Below, piece by piece: positions 40,295 through 52,609 of a DNA stretch of 64,000 bases. A model generated the notes under the pieces. The model was not told the origin of the DNA, made no database searches, and worked only from the letters and a program-made list of their open reading frames with translations. The translations under genes were made by a program, and so were the position numbers. How positions within the stretch are numbered: position 1 is the first letter of the stretch; each line of letters opens with the position of its first letter. The DNA comes from Octopus sinensis (taxonomy: Eukaryota), in the NCBI RefSeq assembly GCF_006345805.1, contig NC_043008.1:39618001-39682000 (forward strand), given 5' to 3'.

Positions 40295-40490
40295 ACAAAA
40301 ACCGTTAGATTCACTTGAACATTTAAATTCAATTTGCCAAAATATTTTCGTCACTTTGAGACCCTGACCTGTTCACTGACAAAATTCCGTGCTGCATCTC
40401 TTTTGTCAGTGAACAGGTCGCGGTCTCAAAGTGACGAAAATATTTTGGCAAATTAAATTTAAATGTTGAAGTGACTCTAACGGTTTTTGT
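40295..40490. repeat. 196-bp foldback: 90-bp arms (5 mismatches), 16-nt loop
   Basis: 40295-40384 is the reverse complement of 40401-40490; loop TTCCGTGCTGCATCTC. Confidence 0.93.
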
Positions 40491-40842
40491 GTGTTTCTTA
40501 AATGACTTATAACCACCTTCCACGCTGCCATTGTTTTCGTTCCAGCACACGATTTCAGATCAGGTCACTTGCTATGCAAGTACATGTCCGAAATTATCAC
40601 ATGCTGCTATTTATTATCAAGGTGAGAAAGGCACTGAATTGACAAAATTTATAGCGCGTCGGAAAAAAAAATCTTTGTGGAATTTATTTCCGGCAATCTA
40701 TGTTCATGGTTGAAATTCCCTTTATCTTTCATCCTACCAGGGTTCTTTAAATATAGTACCACTTAAATACAGAGGTCGATCTTCTCTCATTCCATCAAAA
40801 TTGCTACCACAGCTAGAAATTAATATAAAGTATATAATTATT

Positions 40843-41037
40843 GATTTCAAAATCTGTCACAAGGCCTGCTATTTCGGGGGAGGGGTTAATGTGAACTGGT
40901 AATTATCTTATCGACCATCAAAGAATGAAAGGCAAAACCAACATTGATTGTATTTGAACGCAGAATGTAAAGACGTACGAAATGCCGCTAAGCAATTTGT
41001 CCGGCGTGCTAAAAATTCCGCCTACTCACCGGCTTAT
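40843..41037 (-). mobile_element. Degraded SINE family C copy
   Basis: GATTTCAAAATCTGTCACAAGGCCTGCTATTTCGGGGGAGGGG...AAAGAATGAAAGGCAAA...ATTTGAACGCAGAATGTAAAG...GCCGCTAAGCAATTTGTCCGGCGTGCTAA. Confidence 0.75.
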
Positions 41038-41745
41038 AGGCGATAATTATTGTTATATAAATTAGGGCAGCAGATATGTTATTTAGATACACTTCGCTTG
41101 CCTTTGATCCCAACTCAAGTGCCGCTGTTGTCCCCAGTACTACTGGATTTGATACGGCTAGTACCTTCGAAGTAATCTACAGTTCCCCACTTTAACAAAT
41201 CCGTGTCTTTGTGTTTATAGTAAGAATTATTGTTATTCATAGTATTGATTTAATAAGTGGTATTAACAAATTCTCCATGCTAGTGGACTCTGCGATACCG
41301 GTGTTTTGGCATTATTTTGCCGTATCCGCCTGAGACACCTCATTGAAATATGAAGCGAAATAATAGCGGCCATTTTGTTACAGAATGCAACAAAATGTTT
41401 CCTCCTGCGTACAAAGGTTGATAATCTTGTATTGAAATATTAAGAGGATGTCAAACATTGAAAACAAAAAGAATGTGTATCATTATTCGTAAAACACTTA
41501 AACAGCTTTGAGTATGTATATTTTCTCAATGTGCATCGTTTAAATGGATAAGTAGTTTTGTTCTAAAGACGAAATCCAGCAGTATAATGCTTATGTTCAC
41601 CGAAGTTAATCCGAAGTGTTAAAAATTAATAGATGCAACGTTATTTTAGGTCACGTTGTCATTCGCTCTCATAATACTATCAAACCCGCACATACATACC
41701 TACATAATGACGCAGAAGACACACACGCATGTATACGTGTATATG

Positions 41746-41807
<62 letters not shown>

Positions 41808-42656
41808 TATTTTATCTAGTTTCAACTCACGAGCTGTGGCCATGCTGGAGCACCGCCATTATATATACATATATATATATGCATATACATATGTATATAT
41901 ATATATATATTTTTATATGTACATATATATATATATTTTTTTTATATGTACATATATATATATATAAGGTACACAAATACACACACGCACTCACACACAT
42001 ACACGCCCGCACACATATGCACACGCATACACACACACGCACATAGATGCACACATATAACTGGATCCACACGCACTCTACGAAATTTCCCTACCCTTTG
42101 CTGGAGCAGATGTTTTAATAAAATGTGCTTTTCCTTGGGTGGTCAACTTTTAGCAGAATTGAAACCGGGACCACGTTTCTGCAGAGCAATCATCTTAAAT
42201 TTACATCTCTCTGTCGGCGTAAACATTCCAATAATAATAATCTTTGATTTCTTACGCTTTCTCGTCTGTACTGTCGTTCTCTTATTTCCTTGCCCGTTTC
42301 TGTCGCTGCTGTTCCGTCTCATATCATGCTGCTATTATCATTACTGTTGTTGTTGACGATGGTGGTGGTTTCGATGCTGTTGCTGCTGCTGCTGCTGCGG
42401 CTTCTGTATTTTGGGAATAGCCGCTGTTATTATTGTTGTTGTTGTAATTCCTATTGTTGTTCTCATTCCTACCGTTTTATGTTTCACGTCAGTAACTACA
42501 ACGTAATTTCATAAACTTTATTGGAACTGTTCTTTATGTGTTGGAAACCGTAACCTTAATGGCGTCAGGGCGTCTGAGATTGCAATCAGAGGAACTGACC
42601 ACAAACATCTCAGAATTTCATTTTCGGTAATGCATGGAATGTTGTTTACTCCACCC

Positions 42657-42668
42657 TTCCTCATCACT

Positions 42669-42717
<49 letters not shown>

Positions 42718-43110
42718 ACGACCTCATTAAAGTTTCAAAATAATAACTGTCTCCTCCGCCTCCACCTCCTCCTGCTCCTCATAATCGTTCTTCTTCTTCT
42801 TCTTCTTCTTCTTCTTCTTCTTCTTCTTCTCTTCTTCTTCTTCTTCTTCTCCGTTTTGTTGCTGTTTTTGTTATGATGATGTTAACAAGACAATTTGACC
42901 ACCACCACCACCACCACCACCACCACCACCACTACCGCCGCTGCCGCCACCACCGCTGCCGCCACCACCGCTGCCGCCACCACCGCTGCCGCCACCACCG
43001 CTGCCGCCACCACCGCTGCCGCCACCACCGCTGCCGCCACCACCGCCTCAGCCGCCCCCACCGCCGCCACCGCCGCCGTCGTCGTCATCATCATCATGAC
43101 TGCCATCATG
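42657..43110. repeat. Simple-repeat cluster incl. (ATC)n, (TTC)n, (CCA)n and a 15-bp GC-rich minisatellite (GCCACCACCGCTGCC)x~6
   Basis: Directly visible; source of the HHRCR, TTAAA and AAVVA ORFs. Confidence 0.93.
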
Positions 43111-43402
43111 ATCATCAACGCTTAAATTGCCATTACCTTCATAATACTCATCGTTATTTGTTACCATTATGCTTATTTAGGCCAAAGCAAACAAACAAAC
43201 AAAAAAAAAACAATAAAGACAATAACAGCAACTACAATAAGAGCATCGAAAACAACATTAGGCTAAACAAAGTGGGTGAGCAGACCCCGATCAAGACCCA
43301 TACAAGTAATAACAGCGAGAGGAGAACCAATAACAGTTACAACAACTACTGCTACAACATCAGAAAATACTACAGCAGAGGCAATAACAATAACCATCCA
43401 GT

Positions 43403-43596
43403 GGAGGCGCAATGGCCTAGTCGTTAGGACAGCCGACTCGCGGTCGTCGGAACACGGGATCGATTCCGAGACCGGGCATTGTGAGTGTTTATTGGGCAAA
43501 ACACCTAAGCTCCACGAAGCTCCGTCGGGGTGTGGTGGTGGTGGTGAAACCCGCTGTATTCTTTTACCACAACTTTCTCTCACTCTTTCTTCCTAC
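43403..43596 (+). mobile_element. SINE family A, 5' half (3'-truncated)
   Basis: Aligns to 444-630 (GGAGGCGCAATGGCC.AGT.GTTAGG...GGGCATTGTGAGTGTTTATTG.GC.AAACACCTAA.GCTCCACGA...ACAACTTTCTCTCACTCTT), then diverges. Confidence 0.88.
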
Positions 43597-43922
43597 TTCT
43601 GCCACAAATCAGAGGTACCATGGTGTAACCCTGGTTCTTCTGCTTTATGGCAGAGGTGTGGTAAACTTTCACTATGGTGTGGTAAACTTTCAGACCCTAG
43701 TCTAAATACGAATCCTCTGTATCCCAGGAAGGTTCAGATTTCCACCCGTTAAAAGCCACCGTTTACGGAATGTGGATAACAACGTAGTTTTTGCGCCCGT
43801 GCAACCGCCAGTCTATCGCGTGTGGTGGGTGGATCTTCAAGTTGCCACACGCATTCTCAGTAGCTTAGAGTAGGCTCGAATTAGAGATTATTCTATGTGG
43901 TTTAATGGCGTGAGTCCTGATT

Positions 43923-44240
43923 GGAAGAAGAAGAAGAAGAAGAAGAAGAAGGAGAAAAAGAAGAAGAAGCGAGAAAGAAGAAGAAGAAGAGAAGAAGAAG
44001 AGAAGAAGAGAAGAGAAGAAGAAGAAGAAGAGAGACGAAGAAGAAGAAGAAGAAGAAAGAAAGAAAGAAGAAGAACAAGAAGAAGAAGAAGAAGAAAGAA
44101 CAAGAAGAAGAACAAGAAGAACAAGAAGACAAGAAGAAGAAAGAAAGAAGAGAAGAAGAAGAGAAGAAGAAGAAGACGAAGAAGAAGAGAAGAGAACAAG
44201 AAGAACAAGAAGACACAAGAAGAAGAGAGAAAGAGAAAGA
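43923..44240. repeat. (GAA)-rich purine array
   Basis: Directly visible. Confidence 0.95.
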
Positions 44241-44978
44241 ATGTTGGTATATATCCTGAATTTCTTTACCTACTGCGTTTTCTCCATATGTCTATAAAGT
44301 GAAGATTGGAGGTGCTGTGGCGAGTGGTGCGTAAAAGCTCTCTAGATAGGATACATGGAACATGAGCATATCTACTACTTAAGAGAATGGATCAGATAAA
44401 AATGAATGAAGTGCTATCGACCAATGGAGGGCACACATGATAGCAGAGCGAAATCTAGGCTGGATACACTTTAAAATATATTAATCATTATTAGACTTGT
44501 ATTTTGTCGATTATATTCAGCCTAGCTACTCCAGAAAATAAACTAATTCCTCTCTGTATTTTTCCGGAGGAAATTAATCGAGAAAAAATTTATAGGTTGT
44601 GTGATACACATCTTATAACTATGCTTGACTCATATCTTGTACTTCTCTTAGATATACAGCGTTAGTAAGAAAGGAATCACTATTGATGTTGTGTGTTGGT
44701 TTTGTTGTAGGTTGTAGATCTCTTGCTATTGCTATCATATTTAAATTTTCACATTCGGCAATTGCCGAATATTCGTATGTGTGTTTGTATGTTATGAACA
44801 TACAGATGCATTGATACAAACACTTGACATACAATTCAAATAAAACAAAGCGGTGTATAACAATGTATATGAAAACGTAGACCGGCGCACGTCTGTAATA
44901 TATTGTAACAGCGAAACTTTCCTTAAGAAACTTTGTGACTTATATAAAACAATTCGCCTGGAAAATGGTCAGCTAGTA

Positions 44979-45021
44979 GACAGACACCGTTGTTTCGACC
45001 TTATTTTTTTACTTCAGTGAC
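44979..45021 (-). ncRNA. Degenerate hammerhead relic
   Basis: Minus strand: GUCA CUGAAGU AAAAAAAUAAGGUC GAA ACA-ACGG-UGU C UGUC. Helix III and the GUC triplet are intact; A9 and helix II are broken. Confidence 0.4.
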
Positions 45022-45339
45022 AAGCACGTACGTCTGAGCTGAGTCTAAATCTTTGCTCCTATATAGAAAGATTAAAATTTTTAAAATATATGCAGATACT
45101 AGAAAAAGCATTAGATTGAATTGTCGATCAGTACAGTATTTATTCTCTAGAAACATGTCTACGGTACTCAGAACGTCCTCAGGTTTTCCTCATCGGAGAG
45201 GACAAATAAGGTCAGGATACTGACATCTGGCAATTTGCAAACGATATTATGCGCGTGTTCTTTGTATCTACCTTTGTCCAAGAACCGATGTTGATCTGTT
45301 CATGTCACCGTAAAGGCAAAAGAGAATGAATAAATACAA

Positions 45340-45440
45340 TGAATAAATCTTGAGGTTGATTTATTCGACTAAAAACCTTCAAGGATGTGCTCCAGCAGGG
45401 CCACAGCCAAATGACTGAAACATGTAAAAGAATAAATGAA
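45340..45440 (+). mobile_element. SINE family D, 3' end fragment
   Basis: GTTGATTTATTCGACTAAA...GTGCTCCAGCAGGGCCACAGCCAAATGACTGAAACATGTAAAAGAATA. Confidence 0.75.
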
Positions 45441-45674
45441 TACATATATATATTGGTGCGAGTGTATGTGTATGTGTGTGCATATAAATATGCGCTACTG
45501 TGTGTGTTTATGACTTATGTAGATATGTGTGTATGGTTTAATGTCTGTAAGCTATTTACCAACACAATGTTATTCGTCACGCCCACTAATGCATTCTTCT
45601 TGTAGGAAAGGAAAACTGCCTACGTTATTAGTTTCTGTTTGTAAACTATACTACTACTACTACTACTACTACTA

Positions 45675-45736
<62 letters not shown>

Positions 45737-45979
45737 ATAATAATAATAATAAACAATACACAATATATAAACTATAATTAAGTATTAAATAAATCTTATT
45801 ATACATCATTAAAGACCGCAATTTTTTTAATAAACTCGTCTTTGAGCCAGCAGACTTCTTTATTTATTCTGATGGCTGCAAAAAATAAGTATTAGCATAT
45901 ATATATATTCTGTCTCTCAAGACAGTAATACTATTGCCTCATATATCTGTGACTACTGAAACAAAATAAACTTCCATGT

Positions 45980-46039
<60 letters not shown>

Positions 46040-46082
46040 ATGTGTGTGTGTGTAGGGGGCATGTATATAAATGGATGCAAGT

Positions 46083-46294
46083 TTACTCTTTTACTGTTTT
46101 ACTTGTTTCAATCATTTGACTGCGGCCATGCTGGAGCACCGCCTTTAGTCAAGCAAATCGACCTCAGGACTTATTCTTTGTAAGCCTAGTACTTATTCTA
46201 TCGGTCTCTTTTGCCGAACCGCTAGGTGACGGGGACGTAAACACACCAGCATCGGTTGTCAAGCAATGCTAGGGGGACAAACACAGACACACAA

Positions 46295-46327
<33 letters not shown>

Positions 46328-46498
46328 CATATATACGACAGGCTTCTTTCAGTTTCCGTCTACCAAATCCACTCACAAGGCATTGGTCGGCCCGGGGCTA
46401 TAGCAGAAGACACTTGCCCAAGATGCCACGCAGTGGGACTGAACCCGGAACCATGTGGTTGGTTAGCAAGCTACTTACCACACTGCCATTCCTGCGCC
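46083..46498 (-). mobile_element. tRNA-derived SINE family D, full length (~415 bp)
   Basis: Minus-strand head GGGCGCAGGAATGGCAGTGTGGTAAGTAGCTTGCTAACCAACCACATGGTTCCGGGTTCAGTCCCACTGCG, an internal (TA)/(TG) linker, and a 3' tail ...AAACAAGTAAAACAGTAAAAGAGTAA. Confidence 0.93.
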
Positions 46499-46823
46499 CA
46501 TAAGTTTGTATATATTCATATCTACATACGTGTGTGCATATATACACATTTGTTAAAATATAAACATATTTATATGAAATTTATTGCCATATAACTGTAT
46601 GTTCTAACATTGTTTTTGAAGCCACTCGAACGTTTCCAAGAAATGGTTTTCTGTTATTATGTTTCATATACGTAATTTGTATCTAAGCATTTCGAAAAAT
46701 TATGCGGTCGTTATGATTTCGATATTCTTGATGTCAGTAATTAAGATCGGCGTTTATTTTGTTGTTGCTGAAATTATTTGTTGTTCTTGTTGAAATTTGA
46801 TATTTCGTTGCCATGCGTTACAT

Positions 46824-47223
46824 TTTACTCTTTTACTTGTTTCAGTCATTTGATTGTGGCCATGCTGGAGTACCGCCTTTAATCGAGCAGATTGACTCCA
46901 GGACTTATTCTTTGTAAGCCTAGTACTTATCCTATCGGTCTCTTTTACCAAACCACTAAGTTACGAGGACGTAAACACAGCAGCATCGGTTGTCAAGCTA
47001 TGCTGGGGAGGGGGACAAACACAGGCACACAAACACACATACACACATATGTATATATAAACATATACATGTATACAACGGGCTTCTTTCAGTTTCCGTC
47101 TAGCAAATCCACTCACAAGGCATTGGTCGGCCAGAGGCTACAGTAGAAGACACTTGCCCAAGGTGCCACGCAGTGGGTCTGAACCCGGAACCATGTGGTT
47201 GGTAAGGAAGCTACTTACCACAC
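46824..47223 (-). mobile_element. tRNA-derived SINE family D, second near-full-length copy
   Basis: Aligns end to end with 46083-46498, same orientation, ~325 bp downstream. Confidence 0.92.
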
Positions 47224-47574
47224 GAAGAGCAAAGCCATATATAATATATTGTGCAAATAGCAGATAGATGGTTTTCTCATTATCATCCTTCATCACTACT
47301 ACTGTAATCCTCCTCCTCATTGTTCCTTCACCCCACCCTTGTCTCTCCCCTTCCTAATCGTTCTCCTCCTCATGATCTTCATCCTTTGATATTATAATTT
47401 TAGGTATCATTTATTCTCATATTCTTTTTATGATCTCTGTCAATGAGCCCAATTCGGGTTGTATTTTGTATGCAGGCGTGTACGGGTGTGTACGTGAGTA
47501 GATATGTTAGCAAGAGTGTGTGTGTGTGCGTGTGAATTATGTGTGCCTTTGCGTATGCATGTTCGTGTGCGTAC

Positions 47575-47770
47575 ATCTTGGTTTCGGTGTTGAAGTGTTT
47601 ACATCCCTGTAACTTAGCGATTCGGCAAAAAGGAACGATAGAATAAGTAACAGGATTGGCATGAAATTTAAGTAGAGGAGTCGATTCATTCGACTAAAGT
47701 TTCTTCAAAGTGGTGTCCAGGTAAGGGCACATACCTTTGATTGCAATAAGTAAATGACTGAGGATAAAAG
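47575..47770 (+). mobile_element. SINE family D, degraded 3' half
   Basis: GTGTTTACATCCCTGTAACTTAGCGATTCGGCAAAAAGGAACGATAGAATAAGTA...GTCGATTCATTCGACTAAAG. Confidence 0.75.
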
Positions 47771-47866
47771 GTGTGTATGTATGTATGTGTATGTGTGTAT
47801 ATATATTCACACACATGCACACACACATATGCACATATCTGTATCTACTTATCTATATACACACAC

Positions 47867-48002
<136 letters not shown>

Positions 48003-49392
48003 TTATTTACATATATACACGCGTATACATGTATAATGCACACTCACGTATATTCAGAATGCAATTATTTGTTTTGAAAAAGAAATAACAGAACCGCCCC
48101 ATATTCTAGCATAAATATGCAATAACAGGTTCGCATGCAAACTCACTCAGACACACACACACACATGCCCATACATGCACATAACCGAATTCATACACAC
48201 AGTTCAGGTTTACACACTCTCATACAAACATCTATTGACACACACCCATCTTTATTCATCCATAAAAGTCGTGTTTGACGCATGCATACTTACTCCCGTA
48301 TATACCAACATAGTTACCCAGACGCTCATGGCATCTTCACATACTTAACAATACTGTTACAGTCACACATTTCCATAAATATTCTTTTATAGGCACACCT
48401 CGGCGAATAATCTATTCTGCGTAAGTTGTAGATTTCTCTACGGGTATATAATTATATTTATATGATATATTGCACAGACACACAGACACACACATACACC
48501 TACACACACACACATACACACCTACACACACAGACACACACACATACACACATACACTCAATATACGCAAACTTATATACGCACAGACACACACACCTAC
48601 ACACACATACACTCAATACAAGCAAACTTATACGCACACATATGCACATATGCACACACACTCTCTCGCACATATACAAGCACACACACTTAAACGCACA
48701 TACTCACACGCACACATCCACACACTCACATACACACATGTGCATACACCCACACACTCACTCACACACACGCTCCCATATCTGTATATATTAGTTTGTG
48801 AGTATGTGTATACCTGCATATGTGTAAACACATAAGTATTAATTTAATAATCTAGGCACAAACCTAATCAGATTAGCATGGCAAGTAGGTAGTCACAAAA
48901 GTTCGCCAAATCTATGGGGATTAGTCACTGGGAAAATGACGTATTGGATCAATTGTAAGGTGGGAATAACGACTGTGAGCGCATACTGTGTGTGTCTAGG
49001 CACTGAGCAGTATTGGTAATCGCTGTGCACTCTTAGATTGTTTTCTCTCTTGATCATATTCATATCTTTAAAATACATCGGAAAATAGAGGTTACATTCT
49101 ATACCAACCTTGCTATCAAGTGCATAGACATTTGCGGGTTTACCTAGGTATCTGTGTATATATATATATGTGTGTGTGTATATGTGGGATGTATGACTGA
49201 ATATATGTAACTATGTAAGGATGTGTGCTTTTGTGTGTGTGTGTGTGTGTTTGTCTGTCGGCATATATACTGAAAGACAGAGGGAGCAAAGAGAATAAGA
49301 GAAGGAAAGAACCCGCTTGCAGCTCGTAATTTAAATATCTCCTACAGCTGTTTCACTGTCTCAAAGCACATTCATATTATGTACGTGTACAC

Positions 49393-49435
<43 letters not shown>

Positions 49436-49486
49436 GTGAGGGAAGAAATGGAGCTGAACGAAGATTTTACAAAATTCCTTTTTATT

Positions 49487-49572
49487 ATTTTCTACACATG
49501 TTTCAAAGGCTGCAAATTCCCTAATTCGGATTGAATAAGGAGACCATTTTGCAGCATTCTCTTCGGGAAAAT
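49487..49572 (-). ncRNA. Type I hammerhead ribozyme, U4C variant (left arm)
   Basis: Minus strand: AUUUUC CCGAAGA GAAUGCUGCAAA...UUUGCAGCCUUU GAA ACA-UG-UGU A GAAAAU. Confidence 0.65.
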
Positions 49573-50070
49573 CCAGGAACTTAAATCTCCAAACAAATGC
49601 GCAGCAAGCTTTTCGAACAAACGCTCCCTTAGAGCCCATGGTATGAATGGCACAAAACTGTCTCTCAATATGCGTTGACGTCAAGCAGCTTGACCAACAA
49701 TAGCTGCAATATATTTTCTCCCTAGCTGCTTCCTAAACATACTGCCACACATACATAGGCGCACACACACATACATGTAGGTAGTTTCTCACACCCAAAT
49801 AAGATAGCTTTCATTCTTAAAACAATTCGAACATTAACACTAGTTATACAGAATATATTCACACTCTTTGGTTTTCTGTAATTCTTCCCCTACCCAATGT
49901 TAACCGGAATTTGACCTCGATTTATCTCAACGGACTTTTTCGTCGGCCTTCACCCACCCTGACGTCAACGCATATTGAGAGACAGTTTTGTGCCATTCAT
50001 ACCATGGGCTCCTAGGGAGCGTTTGTTCGAAAAGCTTGCTGCACATTTGTTTGGAGATTTAAGTTCCTGG

Positions 50071-50156
50071 ATTTTCCTGAAGAGAAAGCTGCAAAATGGT
50101 CTCCTTATTCAATCCGAATTAGGGAATTTGCAGCCTTTGAAACATGTGTAGAAAAT
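50071..50156 (+). ncRNA. Type I hammerhead ribozyme with canonical core and extended helix II
   Basis: Helix I AUUUUC (50071-76) pairs with GAAAAU (50151-56). Core CUGAAGA (50077-83). Helix II GAAAGCUGCAAA / UUUGCAGCCUUU (11 of 12 pairs, closing G-U) capped by a further hairpin CCUUAUUC/GAAUUAGG. GAA at 50139-41. Helix III ACA-UG-UGU. GUA triplet, predicted cleavage after 50150. Confidence 0.82.
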
Positions 50157-50382
50157 AATAAAAAGGAATTTTGTAAAATCTTCGTTCAGCTCCATTTCTT
50201 CCCTCACTAAATATATAAAACTTCAATTATCCGCACTAAGGCACGGTTGCGATACCCCATGGTCGTAACCTCAACCGTGATTTTTTTATTGTGATTTTTG
50301 CTACCCAGGTATCGGTTATAATTTGAATAATCCGTAACAAGATAATTCATTTATCCATTTCAATTATATATATATATATATG

Positions 50383-50433
<51 letters not shown>

Positions 50434-50639
50434 TGAGAGAGAGAGAGAGAGAGAAAGAGAGAGGTATACACACACAAATATGTATATATATATATATATA
50501 TATTTACATACACATATATACAAATACATATACATAAATTAATAAAATATTATTTATACATACAATATTATATATAATATATATATATATATATAATATA
50601 TATATATATATATGTATGTATATGTATGTGTGTGTACAT

Positions 50640-50760
50640 GTTTGTGTGTCTGTGTTTGTCAACATCGCTTGACAACCGTCGCTGGTGTGTTTACGTCCCC
50701 GTAACTTAGCTGTTCGGCAAAAAAGACCGATAGAATACGTAATAGGCTTACAAAAAATAG
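50640..50760 (+). mobile_element. SINE family D, middle fragment
   Basis: GTGTTTGTCAACATCGCTTGACAACCGTCGCTGGTGTGTTTACGTCCCCGTAACTTAGCTGTTCGGCAAAAAAGACCGATAGAATA. Confidence 0.85.
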
Positions 50761-50849
50761 GTGTAAATATGTATTTAATATCTAAATATATCCTCACACA
50801 ACTTTTCTCAATGTAGATGCGCATTTTTATATTAACATATTGCATAACT

Positions 50850-51005
50850 AATCTCAATTTTTGGCACAAGGCCAGCAATTTCGAGAAAGGTCTTCAGTCA
50901 ATTACATCAACCACAGGACTTAAGAATTTGAACTTAGTAGGTAAAGACGGAAGACATATCCCTAGACATTATGTCCCGTGTGCAAACATCTCTGTCAGGT
51001 CATTG
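50850..51005 (-). mobile_element. Degraded, internally deleted SINE family C copy
   Basis: TTTTGGCACAAGGCCAGCAATTTCG...GTCAATTACATCAACC...AATTTGAACTTAG. Confidence 0.6.
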
Positions 51006-51712
51006 CTTTGATATATACTGCAATATTGGAAATCCATTTGTATTCATATTGATATCCATCTCAATATTTATACTCATGGAATACATTCTAGATAGCGTCG
51101 AAACGAACGTAATTAAAGGATTAAATATAATACCATAAATTCTGGTGATTGAAATAAGTTTTAGTTACACACACACAGACATACAAACATGTATAATATA
51201 TATATTTACATACATATACATATATATATATATATATATATGCATGTACGCATGTGTGTGTATGTATATGCATATACGTACAGATATGTAAATTTATATA
51301 ATTGTGTGTATATATGTATATATATGTATATATATATATGATATGTACACAAAAATATATACTCAATCACAGAAGTATTTACGTGCATGCCTCTAGATAA
51401 GCGTGTCTAGTACGTGCGCTAGGTGTCTCTCTGCATGAATATATAAACCCACACTTTAATTTTGCAATAAATATCATGTTCTTGTCATTTTAATAATCCT
51501 CTGATTAATGCTGCATATCTGTCATTTGACGCCGGCAGAGTGCACGCATGCCTTTTCGGCATTTGAGCTTTATTCGTGATAGCTTGTTATTCTTGTTTGT
51601 GTGTGGGTGCGTGCGTGTGTTTGACACTGAGTTGCATTCAGGGTTAGTGTAGTAGTGTATTTGCATTGGACGCGTATGAGTGTGTGTGTGCGCGCGCCTG
51701 ACAGTCTATGTG

Positions 51713-51751
<39 letters not shown>

Positions 51752-51786
51752 GTAAGATATATATTATATATTATATAAACATATAC

Positions 51787-51855
<69 letters not shown>

Positions 51856-52128
51856 TATATATCATATTTAATATATACAGTATATATACGCAAAACATTC
51901 AAACACTGAGATTTGAAATCAGATGTCACTACTGTTCATATCATCTGTGAATAAATTTTTACATTGATGATATCACCAGCAGTGACAGGTGGATCGCAGG
52001 CGCGATAGCATTAAATGGCTATGAAATTTAAATTTGCACGAAGCGTAACGATGCTTAACCAGCAACCTCCCGCTAGAAATAACAGCGAAAATCTCAAAGT
52101 TATCCAGCGTACCGCACCAAGATATATG

Positions 52129-52173
<45 letters not shown>

Positions 52174-52374
52174 GTATAATGAAGAAATAAGTGTTATAGA
52201 TATCCACTTTATACAGCTCAACCGAGTAGCGCTGTGATATATATTTATAATTTTATAATTATATACATATATATATATATATACGTATGTATACGTATAT
52301 ATACGTAATTTGTGTGTCTGTTTGTGTATTCACAAAGAACACACCCACGATCACATATGTATAATTCTGGAACC

Positions 52375-52500
52375 ACGCGGATTAGTGGTTAGTGAGTTAC
52401 ATTCATGTTCGTATGATTGTTGTTTTCATTCCTTAATATGGGGACGGTGTATGTTCTTGAGCTAAACACTTCATTTCAAGTTTCTCTTGTCCATTTACCT
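52375..52500 (+). mobile_element. SINE family B, degraded 5' fragment
   Basis: CGCGGATTAGTGGTTAGTG...TCATGTTCGTATGATTGTTGTTTTCATTCC...GTTCTTGAGCTAAACACTTCATTTCA. Confidence 0.7.
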
Positions 52501-52609
52501 TGAAACAAAAATGAATGATCTTTAGATCTCAATGAATGCAAATATTGCTGTGTAGATTCAAATGACAACAGTTGATCAACATGGTTGTCACAAAAATTTC
52601 TATGAAATG

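Larger units (their letters stand above)
49430..50213. mobile_element. Long inverted repeat: two 254-bp arms (49430-49683, 49960-50213; 5 mismatches) around a 276-bp spacer, each arm carrying a hammerhead
   Basis: The arms align as reverse complements without gaps. The left arm abuts (TA)n; the right side continues ~150 bp to the next (TA)n at ~50365. Confidence 0.95.

Noticed and set aside
42873-43752. His/Arg/Cys-rich (HHRCR)n ORF and mucin-like (TTAAA)n ORF
   Set aside because: They arise from a 15-bp minisatellite open in all frames and run into a SINE; there are no splice or domain cues.
49430-50213. Polinton or Mutator TIRs as the explanation for the long inverted repeat
   Set aside because: No 6-bp or 9-bp direct TSD; flanks are (TA)n on the left and unrelated sequence on the right, and the hammerheads fit a retroelement origin better. 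A TA-targeting DNA element is not fully excluded.
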